64,000 nucleotides of DNA from Deltaproteobacteria bacterium (GCA_016208165.1 JACQYL010000001.1:8099-72098), one strand, 5' to 3'; positions 18,370 through 28,667 are shown, numbered from the stretch's first letter. Numbers and translations are program-made. Notes: a model not told the origin generated them from the letters alone.

Positions 18370-19212
18370 ATGTCCAATAAGATCAAAAAGATATCTGTTA
18401 TCTTCGTTCTCATAGTTATTGTTACCGTGCTTCACTATTCAACCTCTATGAAGAAAGCGCCATTGCATGTTATATACAGGGAATTGTATCTTATACCCAT
18501 TCTATTAGGCGCAGTTTGGTACGGTATGAAGGGAGGCTTAATAACCTCAATTGCGTCATCCATGGTATATATTCCATGCGCTATGATGAGTTCTTCTGGG
18601 GCGCCGTCGTTCTTTATGGTAAGTAACATAGCTGAAATAGCGACATTTAATATCGTCGCATTGATCGTGGGTAGGTACTCGGACTTGAGGCGAAAGTTTA
18701 TCTTGGGTGAAAAGCCGGAGAAGGGTACTCAGGAATATAAAGTCAATGAATTGAATGAGTTAGATGCTGGGCGAAACATATTGATATGCCTCGAACCATC
18801 GAACGACACATTGAAAGAGGTTGACTATGTGGCACGAATGCTTACCAAAAATGAACATACAAGGGCCACGTTATTGGGTATCTTTCGTGAGCCGAAAGCG
18901 GATTTATTTCCAAGTGAGAACGAGATGAACGCCTACAGAGCGGAGAAGGAAACAGCGTTGGAAGGGATATTGCTTAAGTCGGCGCAGATGTTGAAATCAT
19001 CGGGCCTTGGCGAGGACCAGGTGATCAGCAAGACCGTACGGTTTCAGCACGGTCATGCGGCGGATCAGATCGTCAGAGAACAGGAAAAAGGCCGATACGA
19101 CACCATTGTTGTCGCCGGCGCGAAGATGCCGAAGCAACAGGAATTCTTGTTCGGGAATCTGCCGGTAAAGGTGATTCGTTCTGTTGACTGTCCGGTAATT
19201 ACCGTCTATTAG
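18370..19212 (+). CDS. membrane protein with the same N-terminal 3-TM module fused to a universal stress protein (UspA) domain
   Basis: The N-terminus (YRELYLIPILLGAVWYGMKGGLITS) is homologous to that of the upstream kinase. The C-terminus has Usp features (ILICLEPSND...TIVVAGAKMPKQQEFLFGNLPVKVIRSVDCPVITV). The gene is clearly AT-richer than its neighbours. Confidence 0.75.
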   Translation: MSNKIKKISVIFVLIVIVTVLHYSTSMKKAPLHVIYRELYLIPILLGAVWYGMKGGLITSIASSMVYIPCAMMSSSGAPSFFMVSNIAEIATFNIVALIVGRYSDLRRKFILGEKPEKGTQEYKVNELNELDAGRNILICLEPSNDTLKEVDYVARMLTKNEHTRATLLGIFREPKADLFPSENEMNAYRAEKETALEGILLKSAQMLKSSGLGEDQVISKTVRFQHGHAADQIVREQEKGRYDTIVVAGAKMPKQQEFLFGNLPVKVIRSVDCPVITVY

Positions 19213-19253
19213 GCGCCGGATTGTTTCCTAACCCTTGAACGAGGACCCAAATC

Positions 19254-19814
19254 ATGCGCAGGCACTTTCGAATCAGAGGGGTTATTGCGGTTTCCATATT
19301 CTTGGGATTATTCGGACTGAGTCTGGTTGCCTGTCAGCCGGACATAGTGAGAACGGTCGAAGAGACTCCTTCGGATCACCCCCACCGGTTGCCGGACACG
19401 AAAGTCGTTGGAGACCATCACGTGTCGTTTCTTGTGGACCACAGGCGAGGAGAAATCGAGATCTTCGTCACAGACGCCCAAGAAAGGCCGGTTCCGTTGG
19501 AAGAGCCTTTCCTCAGGGGTGTTATAGTGACTCCGGCCGGGGCATCGAGAGAGATCCGTCTCGAGCCGGCTCAATACAGGCGACGACGGCTCGTTGTAGG
19601 TCGAGCCTCGTTGAGGAGACCTGACGATCGCACCAATCCGCGCATCCGTTCCGAGTATGTACCCTATACGGCCGTTTTCTGTTACCAGGCCGAGTGGTTG
19701 ATGAAGGAACATGACTATACAATACAAGTGGAGGTTCCCATCAACAACGTCATGCACAAGGCGAGCTTTGACTTCAGCGCCTCCGAGGAAGAAGACCCAC
19801 ATCATCGCCACTGA
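19254..19814 (+). CDS. hypothetical lipoprotein (His-rich termini)
   Basis: Signal peptide with a lipobox-like LVAC (MRRHFRIRGVIAVSIFLGLFGLSLVAC). The C-terminus is EEEDPHHRH. No known domain is recognised. Confidence 0.5.
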   Translation: MRRHFRIRGVIAVSIFLGLFGLSLVACQPDIVRTVEETPSDHPHRLPDTKVVGDHHVSFLVDHRRGEIEIFVTDAQERPVPLEEPFLRGVIVTPAGASREIRLEPAQYRRRRLVVGRASLRRPDDRTNPRIRSEYVPYTAVFCYQAEWLMKEHDYTIQVEVPINNVMHKASFDFSASEEEDPHHRH

Positions 19815-20216
19815 GAGAGCAGAGGCTTTGGCCCGACACCGTCCAAAAGGAAGGTGACTTGTGTTTATTCGGGGCATGGTCTTCGAAACCGTTTCTGTTT
19901 TTGGTCGTTCCGGCGTAAGAGGGTCTGCCGGAATTCGTGATCCCGTCCAAGCCCCGTAAAGCAGGGCGCAAACCGGAATCCAGCTCATTGTGGCACGCGT
20001 CTCCATGCCTCTGCCAAGAGTTCGGCAAGGTGGCGAGATCGGGGCGATGGTGAGAAGTTACATGGCTCCGGCTCGGCTTGACCTTGCCGGAAGGAATTGG
20101 GTGGAACCTGAATCCGTGAAGCGAGCACCATCAGTTTGTCGAAGATAAGTATGTAACCAGTTGATAATTGATGCAATTTAGGCAATAGTGTTCTCTGTTT
20201 TGAGTTCACCCAACAG

Positions 20217-21555
20217 GTGGAGGCTATGCAGAAAATCACCATCGAAAGATCCGAAAGTGAGTGTTACACCGCGCATTCGGGTTTGTCCTTGGCGGGACTT
20301 TTGGTCAACCACCACACCGAGTTGTGTCGGAAGTTGGATTTGGCCGTGCCCCGGACGCCGAGCGTGTCTCATTCGGATGTGATGAAGAGCTATCTGGGAC
20401 TGCTTTGCGTCGGCAAGAGCGATTTCGAGGCCGTGGCCGGGATGCGCGGCGCAGCGACTGGTTCAGGGCGGCGCTGGGTATCCGGAAGGCGCCGTCGACA
20501 GAGACCTTGCGCCAGCGTTTTGACAAGAATGCGGGGGTGCTTACGGATATCGTCAACGCGAGCGTCATCGAGATGCTCCAAGGAGTGAAAGCGCCTGTGA
20601 CGGCGGGAGCCATGGGACACGCGCCGCTGGATATCGACGTGTTTCCCATGGACAACTCGGATACCAAGAAAGACGGAGTGTCCCGAACGTACAAAGGCTT
20701 TGACGGGTACGCACCCATAGCGGCATACCTTGGCGAGGAGGGTTGGTGCATAGGCCTCGATCTGCGCTAAGGCGGCCAAAACAGCCAGAATGGGTTTGTT
20801 CCTTTTCTGGATAGGGTGGTTCAACGGGCGCGGCAGTTGACGGAAAAAACGCTTTTGGTGCGCCTCGACGCGGCCCACTGCGCGTTGGAGACCTTGGTGA
20901 CGCTCCGGCAACACGGGAACGTCTCCTTTGTGATTAAGTGGAATCCCCGCAAGGAGGACCCGCCGGCCTGGCGTGACCGGCTGTTCGCCGAAGGCAAGGT
21001 GACCCAACCCAGGCCGGGCAAAAAGGTGGCCGTGATGACGGTGCATGAGACGCGTGAAGTCGAAGGGAAAGAGAAGCGATTCATGCGCGTGATGCGGGTG
21101 ACCGAACGCACCATGGATCGGGACGGCCAAATGCTGCTGGCGCCGCAGGTTAGGCTGGAAGGATGGTGAACCACAACCTGGTTCTGCCCGAGGAACGGAT
21201 CATCCGGTTGTACGGGGGGCATGGGACGAGCGAGCAGTTTCACAGCGAAATCAAGGCCGATCTCGATATGGAGCGGCTGCCGCCCGGCAAGTTCGCTACT
21301 AATGGCTTGGTGCTGACCTGTGCGGGCATGGTCCATAATATGGTGCGTATTATCGGTCAGTTCGGGCTTCTCGGCGACACCTCGCCGGTGTGCCACCCGG
21401 CCAAACGCCGCCGCATTCGTACGGTGATTCAGGAACTCATGACAGTCGCGGGCCGACTCATCCGGACAGGACGTGGCTTGATCTCGCGCCTCGGTCCCCA
21501 CTGTCCGGCCTATGAAGCGTTTACGGATGTGCATATGCGGCTGCCTCCGGGATAA
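20217..21555 (+). mobile_element. IS1380-family transposase remnant (pseudogene: two frameshifts near 20450 and 21165 and an in-frame TAA at 20768)
   Basis: Four collinear fragments in three frames match IS1380 TnpA, in order: MQKITIERSESECYTAHSGLSLAGLL...KSYLGLLCVGKSDFEAV; LGIRKAPSTETLRQRFD...PLDIDVFPMDNSDTKKDGVSRTYKGFDGYAPIAAYLGEEGWCIGLDLR*; LLVRLDAAHCALETL...FVIKWNPRKE...FMRVMRVTERTMDRDGQMLLAPQVRLEGW; and LYGGHGTSEQFHSEIKADLDMERLPPGKF...CHPAKRRRIRTVIQEL. Terminal inverted repeats could not be defined by eye. Confidence 0.75.
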
Positions 21556-22007
21556 CAAGGGTCCTGATTACCCGTTTTGAAACCGGATGTGAAGATTGAA
21601 AGGATAGTTATGTCCTGAACGCCCTAAAAATCGTTTTTTTGCCGTAACCGGCAGTTGAAAGCACAACAGGGGACTCAGTGCTTTATGGAGTTCCCATCGG
21701 ACCTTGGCAAATATCCGAAAGAATGCTCCCAAAACTGTGCAAAGAACCGTTAACAAAATCAGTTCACTGATTCAGGGAGGTCGCTAAAAAAGCAACACGT
21801 TTCTTGATATTTGAGATGGGGGCCTTTTCTCATGGGTCACGACGGAAAGAAAATCGGCTCTTGCCGGGTGACATGTTCTTTATGGTGATTAATATTAACT
21901 ATCAATAGTTTTGTGAGCGTTTGAAGAGCATTGGTGAGAATCCGGAATGGTGAGCGACGGGAAACTGTAACAAACGAGGTTAACCACGGACAAAGAAGGA
22001 GGTTGCG

Positions 22008-22427
22008 ATGAAAAAGGCTGTTTTAGTATCCGCATTGGTGTTGTGTTCCATGTTGATGTCCTATCCGGCGTTCGCCGGCCAGTGGGAAGGAACGATTCAG
22101 GGGCTCATGTGCACCCTCGAGAAGAAGCCCTGCCCGGTAGGATTTGAGGACGCCTTGACAGCCATGGAACCGAACTTCGTCCTCGTGACGTCGGACGGAA
22201 GTTGGTACATGTTGCCGAATATGGATCGGGCGGTATTGGCTCGCCGTATCAACCAAGATGTCATGGTGGTGGGGGAGAAGAATCCGGAGTACAACTCGAT
22301 TAAAGTGGACGAGCTGAAAGCGAAAGCCGACGGATCTTGGACAACCGTCTGGTCTACCGAGATGGAAAAGGAGCTCAGGAAGATGTTCAAGTGGGGTCTC
22401 GGTGGTTCTCCCGCCCATCCCAAATGA
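22008..22427 (+). CDS. small secreted protein with conserved Cys pair (paralog of 31293-31727)
   Basis: Signal peptide MKKAVLVSALVLCSMLMSYPAFAG. It aligns with the 31293-31727 product at AGQWEGTIQGLMC...CP, at VLVTSDGSWYMLPN and at WTTVWSTEMEKELRKM. AGGAGG lies upstream. Confidence 0.55.
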   Translation: MKKAVLVSALVLCSMLMSYPAFAGQWEGTIQGLMCTLEKKPCPVGFEDALTAMEPNFVLVTSDGSWYMLPNMDRAVLARRINQDVMVVGEKNPEYNSIKVDELKAKADGSWTTVWSTEMEKELRKMFKWGLGGSPAHPK

Positions 22428-22603
22428 AATGTCCTCAAACCATCAGGTGCTTACTTTCGCAGCTGGTGTCGACCGGAAGCAGGCGGGAAACCGGGAACGG
22501 TTTCCCGCCTGACTTTTTGGGTGGCCGGTCGGCCTCGGGAATGAATGCGGAACCCCGGTGAGCATCGGGGTATCCGGAGAGATGATTGGTATATATGCGA
22601 TGA

Positions 22604-24508
22604 GTGCTTATTGTGGCGAATAGTCTCCAACAACGTTTGATGTTTTTCGTGCTGATTCCGATTGCGTTTCTGCTGTTTCTGATAGGAAGCATCGGCTTTC
22701 TGTACGCGCGAAACACCATGCTTTCAGAATGGCGGGAAGCCGCCGTTTTGAAGCTTCAACGGGGCGCTCACCAGATGGATATGAGGTTGAGCCGGCCTCT
22801 GGAATGGATACGGATGTTCCAGCAGTCCGGCGAGCTGCTCCAGACATCGATTCAGGATTGGCTCATTTCCCGGCTGCAACAACTCGGGGGAGTGGAAAGC
22901 GCCCATATCGAATGGTTCCCTGAGTACGGGGGCGCAGGTGGTACTTCAGGGGATCACATGGGTGCGGGAACGGGCAAGGACATGAATACGGACATGAAGC
23001 CGTTTCAGGAGGGTGGAGTTGCCCGAATAACCCCGCCAAAATTGGATTCCACCACCGGTAAGAAAACGGTGACCATCGAGTCGAACTTACTGGATAGGGA
23101 CAACCGGACCGTGGGTCAGCTTCAAGTGATCATCAGCTTCGAGTATCTGCTGGAGGGTGTGCTCTCTTCGAGTTGGACCGAAGGAGACAAGGCCTGCCTG
23201 GTCGACGAAAATGGCGCTTATCTGGCTCATACGGCCGCCATCGACGCGGGCCGGCGTCGTCTGGGCGGCGCCGGCGATTCCTTGGAATTAGCCATTTTGG
23301 AGGCCCTGAAAGACCGGCCGTTCGGGACGGTACTAGGCCGTGGACATCCTCCCGGCGAGGTGGCAGGGTTCTGCAGGCTGCAAAATGCCCCATGGACCAT
23401 CGTCGTATTTGCTCCAGGGGATAAAATTCTTGGGCCCATCGTACGATTTCGTACCTATTTCTTCGGCTTCGGAATTATTTGTATCGGCATCGTGCTGATG
23501 CTCATAAGACTGACAACCGCGGGAACGGTCCGCTCGATCCAGGAGATCTCCGCTTCCGCAAAGCAGGTCGCCTCGGGAGACTACGGAAGAACGCTTTCCG
23601 TCAGAAGTCGAGACGAGGTGGGGCAACTGACCAGGAGCTTTAACACCATGATCGCGGAGTTGAGGCAAAAGGAACGGATTCGCAATATGTTCGGACGCTA
23701 CGTGGACAAGGAGGTGGCCGAGGAACTGCTTCGGGGGCCGGAATCGACCCGGCTGGGAGGAGAAAAGCGCGAGGTGGTGATCCTGATGTCCGATTTGCGG
23801 GGGTTCACGCCACTGTGTGAGGCCATGAGTCCGGAAATTGTAATCGGGGTCCTGAATCGCTATTTTTCATATATTATCGGAATCATCCATCGATACAAAG
23901 GTATTATCATCGATTTTGTTGGGGATGCCGTCCTCGTCTTTTTCGACCCGATAACCTCGACCGTCGACGAGAAGGCCAAGGATGCGGTGCAATGCGGTCT
24001 TGAAATGCAGTCCGCCATGGAACGGGTCAACGACGAAAATCAGGGGCTCGGAATACCCCGGTTGAGCATGGGGATCGGGATCCACTCCGGCGAGGTGATC
24101 GTGGGAAACATAGGGTCCCAGTCCAGAGCCAAGTACGGCATTGTGGGCGCGCCCGTGAACCTCACGCAACGGATCCAGTCCGTTGCGGAAGGGGGGGAAG
24201 TGGTGGTCTCCGAATCGGTTCGCCGGCGAACCGGGGAAGCTTTCCGGGTTCTCCGTAGCTTCAAGACCCGGCTCAAAGGAGTGCACGATCAAGTAACCCT
24301 ACACGTTGTCGATGGATCGGTAGAAGTGGGCCATTCACGAGACGGTGGGGAACATCCCGTTCAACATGATCACAGGCCTCCGGAGAGAGACGGACAAAAG
24401 AAATCCTCTGTCCTCGAAGGGGGGAAGGATCAAGAACGGTTTCAGCAGGCGGATCGAAGGGATCCTGTTCCTTCTCCCCGTCGAGGACAGGGAGAAGGAA
24501 CAGGATGA
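22604..24508 (+). CDS. membrane-anchored class III adenylate/guanylate cyclase with periplasmic sensor and HAMP domain; C-terminal ~70 aa low-complexity tail
   Basis: TM1 (FFVLIPIAFLLFLIGSIGFLYA), a periplasmic region, TM2 (FFGFGIICIGIVLMLI), HAMP (VRSIQEISASAKQVASGDYGRTLSV...LTRSFNTMI) and a cyclase domain (VVILMSDLRGFT...DFVGDAVLVFF...GIHSGEVIVGNIGS...GIVGAPVNLTQR). GTG start at 22604; an alternative ATG lies at 22640. Confidence 0.8.
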   Translation: MLIVANSLQQRLMFFVLIPIAFLLFLIGSIGFLYARNTMLSEWREAAVLKLQRGAHQMDMRLSRPLEWIRMFQQSGELLQTSIQDWLISRLQQLGGVESAHIEWFPEYGGAGGTSGDHMGAGTGKDMNTDMKPFQEGGVARITPPKLDSTTGKKTVTIESNLLDRDNRTVGQLQVIISFEYLLEGVLSSSWTEGDKACLVDENGAYLAHTAAIDAGRRRLGGAGDSLELAILEALKDRPFGTVLGRGHPPGEVAGFCRLQNAPWTIVVFAPGDKILGPIVRFRTYFFGFGIICIGIVLMLIRLTTAGTVRSIQEISASAKQVASGDYGRTLSVRSRDEVGQLTRSFNTMIAELRQKERIRNMFGRYVDKEVAEELLRGPESTRLGGEKREVVILMSDLRGFTPLCEAMSPEIVIGVLNRYFSYIIGIIHRYKGIIIDFVGDAVLVFFDPITSTVDEKAKDAVQCGLEMQSAMERVNDENQGLGIPRLSMGIGIHSGEVIVGNIGSQSRAKYGIVGAPVNLTQRIQSVAEGGEVVVSESVRRRTGEAFRVLRSFKTRLKGVHDQVTLHVVDGSVEVGHSRDGGEHPVQHDHRPPERDGQKKSSVLEGGKDQERFQQADRRDPVPSPRRGQGEGTG

Positions 24509-24644
24509 GGGAGTATATACGGACGAACTCCGCAGATGGGTAACTTCTCGACGTGCTTCCAGCACAAGCCGCTTCAGTGTATCGCGGCTGACTCACTAAG
24601 ATGCTTCCAACCTTCCGGTTCTTTGCTCGGACTACCTACGACGC

Positions 24645-25082
24645 TTATCGTGCCTGGTGCATACAGGTGTTTTCACCTTGAAAGACAACCGCGTCATTCT
24701 GGTTCTTAAGAGCAAATCCCCACGTGGTGAAGACTCTTCCCTTGTCCTTGTCTTCCTTCTTGTTCAGGATCTCGATTTCCAGCCCGATCCGGTCGTTTGG
24801 GAAGACCGGGCCTCGCACCTTGAGGTTGTTCGTGCCCACATGCACGTGATCTTTCAATAGATCCCCCGCCAATCCGAAGACGATCGTGAACAGAAACGGA
24901 CCAGGCACCAATCTTCCTTTGAAACCCAGAGCCTGGGCAGCCTCATCGATCAAGAAGGGATCCAGTCTCAGGTCGCCGATCGTGCAAAACATGTCCAATT
25001 CGGTTCCGGTGATGGTTCTTGATCCGCAGTCAAACTTGTCCCCAACATTTCCTTCCGCCAGTGTTCCTGTTGCCATCAGCAT
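24645..25082 (-). CDS. MaoC-like (R)-specific enoyl-CoA hydratase / hotdog-fold dehydratase
   Basis: 145 aa with the MaoC dehydratase pattern (LAEGNVGDKFDCGSRTITGTELDMFCTIGDLRLDPF...VPGPFLFTIVFGLAGD). Confidence 0.8.
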   Translation of the reverse strand: MLMATGTLAEGNVGDKFDCGSRTITGTELDMFCTIGDLRLDPFLIDEAAQALGFKGRLVPGPFLFTIVFGLAGDLLKDHVHVGTNNLKVRGPVFPNDRIGLEIEILNKKEDKDKGRVFTTWGFALKNQNDAVVFQGENTCMHQAR

Positions 25083-25741
25083 TCTCCTCTAAATTGATAA
25101 ATAATCGCGGCCATTCATACGATGATTTTTCCACAGATTCAGAGTTCTGTCCAGTTCTTGACGCCCGGTTCACCGGCAGAAGTTTCCGGGTGTCAGTGCT
25201 TAAATGTTAAAAACCGATTCCGCCATGGTAATTCGTTAGAAAACCCGTGAGGGGACCCGATACAAGGCGATCTGATTTCCCACTTTTTCGGTGCATTCGT
25301 CGCTTCCCCGGAACCGAGCGATCACCTGTGCTGTTTGGCGCCCTCTATTCCGGCGGTTGCCGGCCGCCTTCTTCAATCAGGACGCCTGAGAACTTGAGCT
25401 TGACATAAGCATAGTATTAAAAATAGGGTGTGGAAAGTGGCAAAAACGACATTGAACCTCAAGATAGCGTCAAATCGGCACTGCATCATTCACGTGCGAA
25501 CACAGCAGCGGCGCGTTCGGGATCATCAGAAAGGCTTCCGACACCTATCTTTCATGTACATTTTGACTTCCATATCAAACCGAAACGACGCCGAGAGGTT
25601 GTGTGTGATCGTTCACCAATGAGATCATTTTAGGCTCCTTATATGCTTATTGCAAAACCGAGCTTTTTGTAATTCGATAAATGAGTGTAGCATGCTAAAT
25701 GGAACGGTTGTTGGCTATTAGCAATGCTTCAGCCATGATGG

Positions 25742-26725
25742 ATGGATGATATGAAGGTGACCATATTAGCTCTCTACAATACGACTGGAACCAGCGTAAT
25801 GGGTCCCATGGATGTTTTCTTTCATGCCGGCAAACTCTGGAATCACATTAACGGCTTAAAGCCGACACCGTATTTTGATGTTGAAATCGCCGGTATGGAC
25901 GGAAAACCGGTTAAGTGCATCAATAACGTTTTGATTCAACCCCACTGCTCGATTGACGATGTACAAGAAACCGATCTCATTATGATCGCCTGTATCGCCA
26001 ATTTTGGAAAAACAATAGAATATAACGCTAAGGCATTGGAATGGCTTAAGTATCACTATCGGAGGGGAGCAGATATCGCCAGTGTTTGCACGGGGGGATT
26101 TTTTCTGGCCGCAACCGGACTCTTGGACGGAAAAACGGCAACGACCCACTGGGGCTTTGTAAACCTCTTCAGAGAGATGTTTCCGAAGGTCCATCTGAAA
26201 CCGGAACGGCTGATTACGGATGAGGGCAATTTGTACTGCTCGGGAGCATTGTACTCCGGCGTCGATCTTTCCGTTTACCTTGTGCAAAAATACTGCGGCC
26301 ATGAGGTGGCTGTTCAATGCGCCAAAACCCTGATCCACGACATGGACCGAAACTCCCAGGTTCCGTATGCTGTTTTGGAATTTCAGAAGAAGCATAGGGA
26401 CGAAAAGATAAAGAGGGTTCAGCAGTGGATAGAAACTAATTTTACGGAAAGGGTCGATTTTGACGAAGTGGCCAGAGAGAACGGAATGAGCCGGCGCACG
26501 TTCGAACGCCGATTCAAATGTGCAACCGGCGATACGCCGTTATTATATTTGCAGCGAACAAGAGTGGAAACCGCGAGAAGACTGTTGGAGGAACACTTCC
26601 TGACGTTTGACGAAATCTGTCATCACCTGGGTTATGAAAACAGCAACTCCTTTAGAGAAGTGTTTAGAAAGCACACCGGACTTTTACCAATGGAATATCA
26701 GAAAAAGTTCCGTATCATCCCGTAG
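25742..26725 (+). CDS. AraC-family transcriptional regulator with N-terminal DJ-1/PfpI (GATase1-like) domain (GlxA-like)
   Basis: N-terminal DJ-1-like region (IASVCTGGFFLAATGLLDGKTATTHW). C-terminal AraC HTH (RVDFDEVARENGMSRRTFERRFK...NSNSFREVFRKHTGLLPMEYQKKF). Confidence 0.85.
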   Translation: MDDMKVTILALYNTTGTSVMGPMDVFFHAGKLWNHINGLKPTPYFDVEIAGMDGKPVKCINNVLIQPHCSIDDVQETDLIMIACIANFGKTIEYNAKALEWLKYHYRRGADIASVCTGGFFLAATGLLDGKTATTHWGFVNLFREMFPKVHLKPERLITDEGNLYCSGALYSGVDLSVYLVQKYCGHEVAVQCAKTLIHDMDRNSQVPYAVLEFQKKHRDEKIKRVQQWIETNFTERVDFDEVARENGMSRRTFERRFKCATGDTPLLYLQRTRVETARRLLEEHFLTFDEICHHLGYENSNSFREVFRKHTGLLPMEYQKKFRIIP

Positions 26726-26798
26726 CCGGCGATCGATTTTGGAATCGCGGCTCGTCCATAGTCCAAGACTTCCGTTTTATGTTTTCACGGATTCGGCT

Positions 26799-28076
26799 CT
26801 ACCTTTCTCTGGAGATCGTTTCCCGGAGGAAAAAAGTCGAAATCACGGAAACGACCGCGCAGCCAAAGAGCACCAGAAAGGCCAGCCGGTATCCCTCCAC
26901 GCTGAACGACCCGTTCGGTTGTACGTGCAGTTGTAGAATATATCCCAACAGCGGCTGAAAGACGGCTCCCCCGGCAAAAGGAAACAGGTTTATCAGGCCG
27001 GTGGATGTTCCCGCCATGTACACGGGAAACAGTTCCTTGGCGGTGGTGAAGCCAATCACAACGATGGCGCTCGAAAAGATGCCGAGTCCGAGGACAAGCA
27101 GGTATAGAGCGGGCACGGGCAGGTGTTGGGTATAGAAGGCCAGGAGGGCCGTGATCCCTAAAAGGATCAGACTCGAGAGCATGATCACCGGCTTTCGTCC
27201 CCGGAACACCCGGTCCGAAAGAAAACTCAAGAGAGGGCTGCCTATGACCATGCCCACCGCGATCATAGAGAGAATGCGGCTCGCCTCACCTTTGGTCAGT
27301 CCGTAAACCTGCATGAAAAAAGGGCCGCCCCAGAGTCCGCCGAAACTGAAAAAGATGCCGAGAGTGAAGAAAAACCATACGCCCAGGAACCAAAAGTAGC
27401 GGTACGTGAGTACTTTCTTGACTCCCTGCAAGAGGCCGGTGGCGCCGCCGGAAGGCGCCCTGGATTCATGAAGCGCGGGCCAACCGAAATCGCCGGGCCT
27501 GTCGCGTACGTACAACCAGACCAATATTGCCAGCAACAGCGTGAAAGCTCCTACCGCCATGAAGGAGGATCTCCATCCGATCCAGGAGCTTAGGGCCGCC
27601 AGCGGGGCTGCGGCGCTGAGAGAGCCCACTCCTCCCATGGCCATGAGAATACCGGTCATGGTGGCGAACTCGCGAGGTCGAAACCATTCGGCCAGAATCT
27701 TCATGGTGGGAACGAACAACATCGAGACCCCGATCCCCACCAGTGTCCGACCGACTATGGCCCAGAAGACCGATGGCGCCAGAGCGAGCAGCACGGATCC
27801 GCCAAACGCCAGACAGAAAAACAACGTTATCGTGCGGCGGGGACCCCAGGAATCGGAGAGCAAGCCGGCGGGAAGTTGCATGAGGGCGTACGGATAGAAA
27901 TACGCCGCACCCAGAAACCCGATCAGAGCACCGCCGGTTTTCAGATCTTTCATCATGTCCAGGGCCAAGACGGCCGGACACAGGCGATGGAAGTACACCA
28001 TGATGTAAGCAAAGGCCAGAATCCAGAAAATGAACCACCGATAGCGCAACGCCTTGGACATGGAATCCGGGGTCAT
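26799..28076 (-). CDS. MFS transporter (12 TM; OFA/glycerol-3-P-like subfamily)
   Basis: 425 aa with repeated TM helices and MFS motifs (LPAGLLSDSWGPRRT, GRTLVGIGVSMLF). Confidence 0.85.
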   Translation of the reverse strand: MTPDSMSKALRYRWFIFWILAFAYIMVYFHRLCPAVLALDMMKDLKTGGALIGFLGAAYFYPYALMQLPAGLLSDSWGPRRTITLFFCLAFGGSVLLALAPSVFWAIVGRTLVGIGVSMLFVPTMKILAEWFRPREFATMTGILMAMGGVGSLSAAAPLAALSSWIGWRSSFMAVGAFTLLLAILVWLYVRDRPGDFGWPALHESRAPSGGATGLLQGVKKVLTYRYFWFLGVWFFFTLGIFFSFGGLWGGPFFMQVYGLTKGEASRILSMIAVGMVIGSPLLSFLSDRVFRGRKPVIMLSSLILLGITALLAFYTQHLPVPALYLLVLGLGIFSSAIVVIGFTTAKELFPVYMAGTSTGLINLFPFAGGAVFQPLLGYILQLHVQPNGSFSVEGYRLAFLVLFGCAVVSVISTFFLRETISRER

Positions 28077-28160
28077 GCGGCGCTCCTTGATCAGAGAGGA
28101 AAAACAGACGGACTAGATTGCCGTGTGCCTGAAACCGTTCTAGGAAATACGCATCCGATC

Positions 28161-28667
28161 TCATTCCAGATGGGCGATGAGATGAGTGAGTTCAGGTAAT
28201 ATGATTTTCTCCATAGCGAGCCTGCATGCCTTGCTGCTGCCGGGGATACAGAACACGGCTTTGTTATTCGTCACTCCCGCAGTGGCCCTCGACAGAATGG
28301 CGGCAGGCCCGATTTCCTCATAGCTCAATTGAGTGAACAGGGAACCGAAGGCAGTCAATTCCTTGTCCAACAGGGGGTGGAGCGCTTCGACAGTGACGTC
28401 GGTAGGAGTAATTCCCGTGCCGCCCGTCACAACAATCGCGCGGGCCGCCGTACCGAGCAGTCGTCCGAAGGCATTCCGGATGAGGGTCACGTCATCCTTC
28501 ACCATTTCCCGACCGGTTACGCGGTGTCCTCGATCCTCGAGCAGATCCCGAATCAGATCTCCGCTCTTGTCCTGTTCCAGGTTTCTCGAGGTGGACACGC
28601 TGAGAATGGCTACGGCCACACTGGAGGGGGCGTGCTCACGATGGGGATGGTCCGATGGCAGGATCAA
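28161..28667 (-). CDS. moaB: molybdenum cofactor biosynthesis protein B (MogA/MoaB family)
   Basis: Contains IVVTGGTGITPTDVT and GSSKAC, as expected for MoaB/MogA. It sits 5 bp downstream of moaC. Confidence 0.8.
   Translation of the reverse strand: MILPSDHPHREHAPSSVAVAILSVSTSRNLEQDKSGDLIRDLLEDRGHRVTGREMVKDDVTLIRNAFGRLLGTAARAIVVTGGTGITPTDVTVEALHPLLDKELTAFGSLFTQLSYEEIGPAAILSRATAGVTNNKAVFCIPGSSKACRLAMEKIILPELTHLIAHLE

Noticed and set aside
20390-21558. Two ~245-aa minus-strand ORFs
   Set aside because: Antisense to the IS1380 transposase fragments. The plus-strand fragments have clear family homology.
20100-21620. Attempt to define IS1380 terminal inverted repeats (CCTGATTA at 21574)
   Set aside because: No complementary partner was found at the left end by eye. 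The ends were probably eroded or need an alignment tool.
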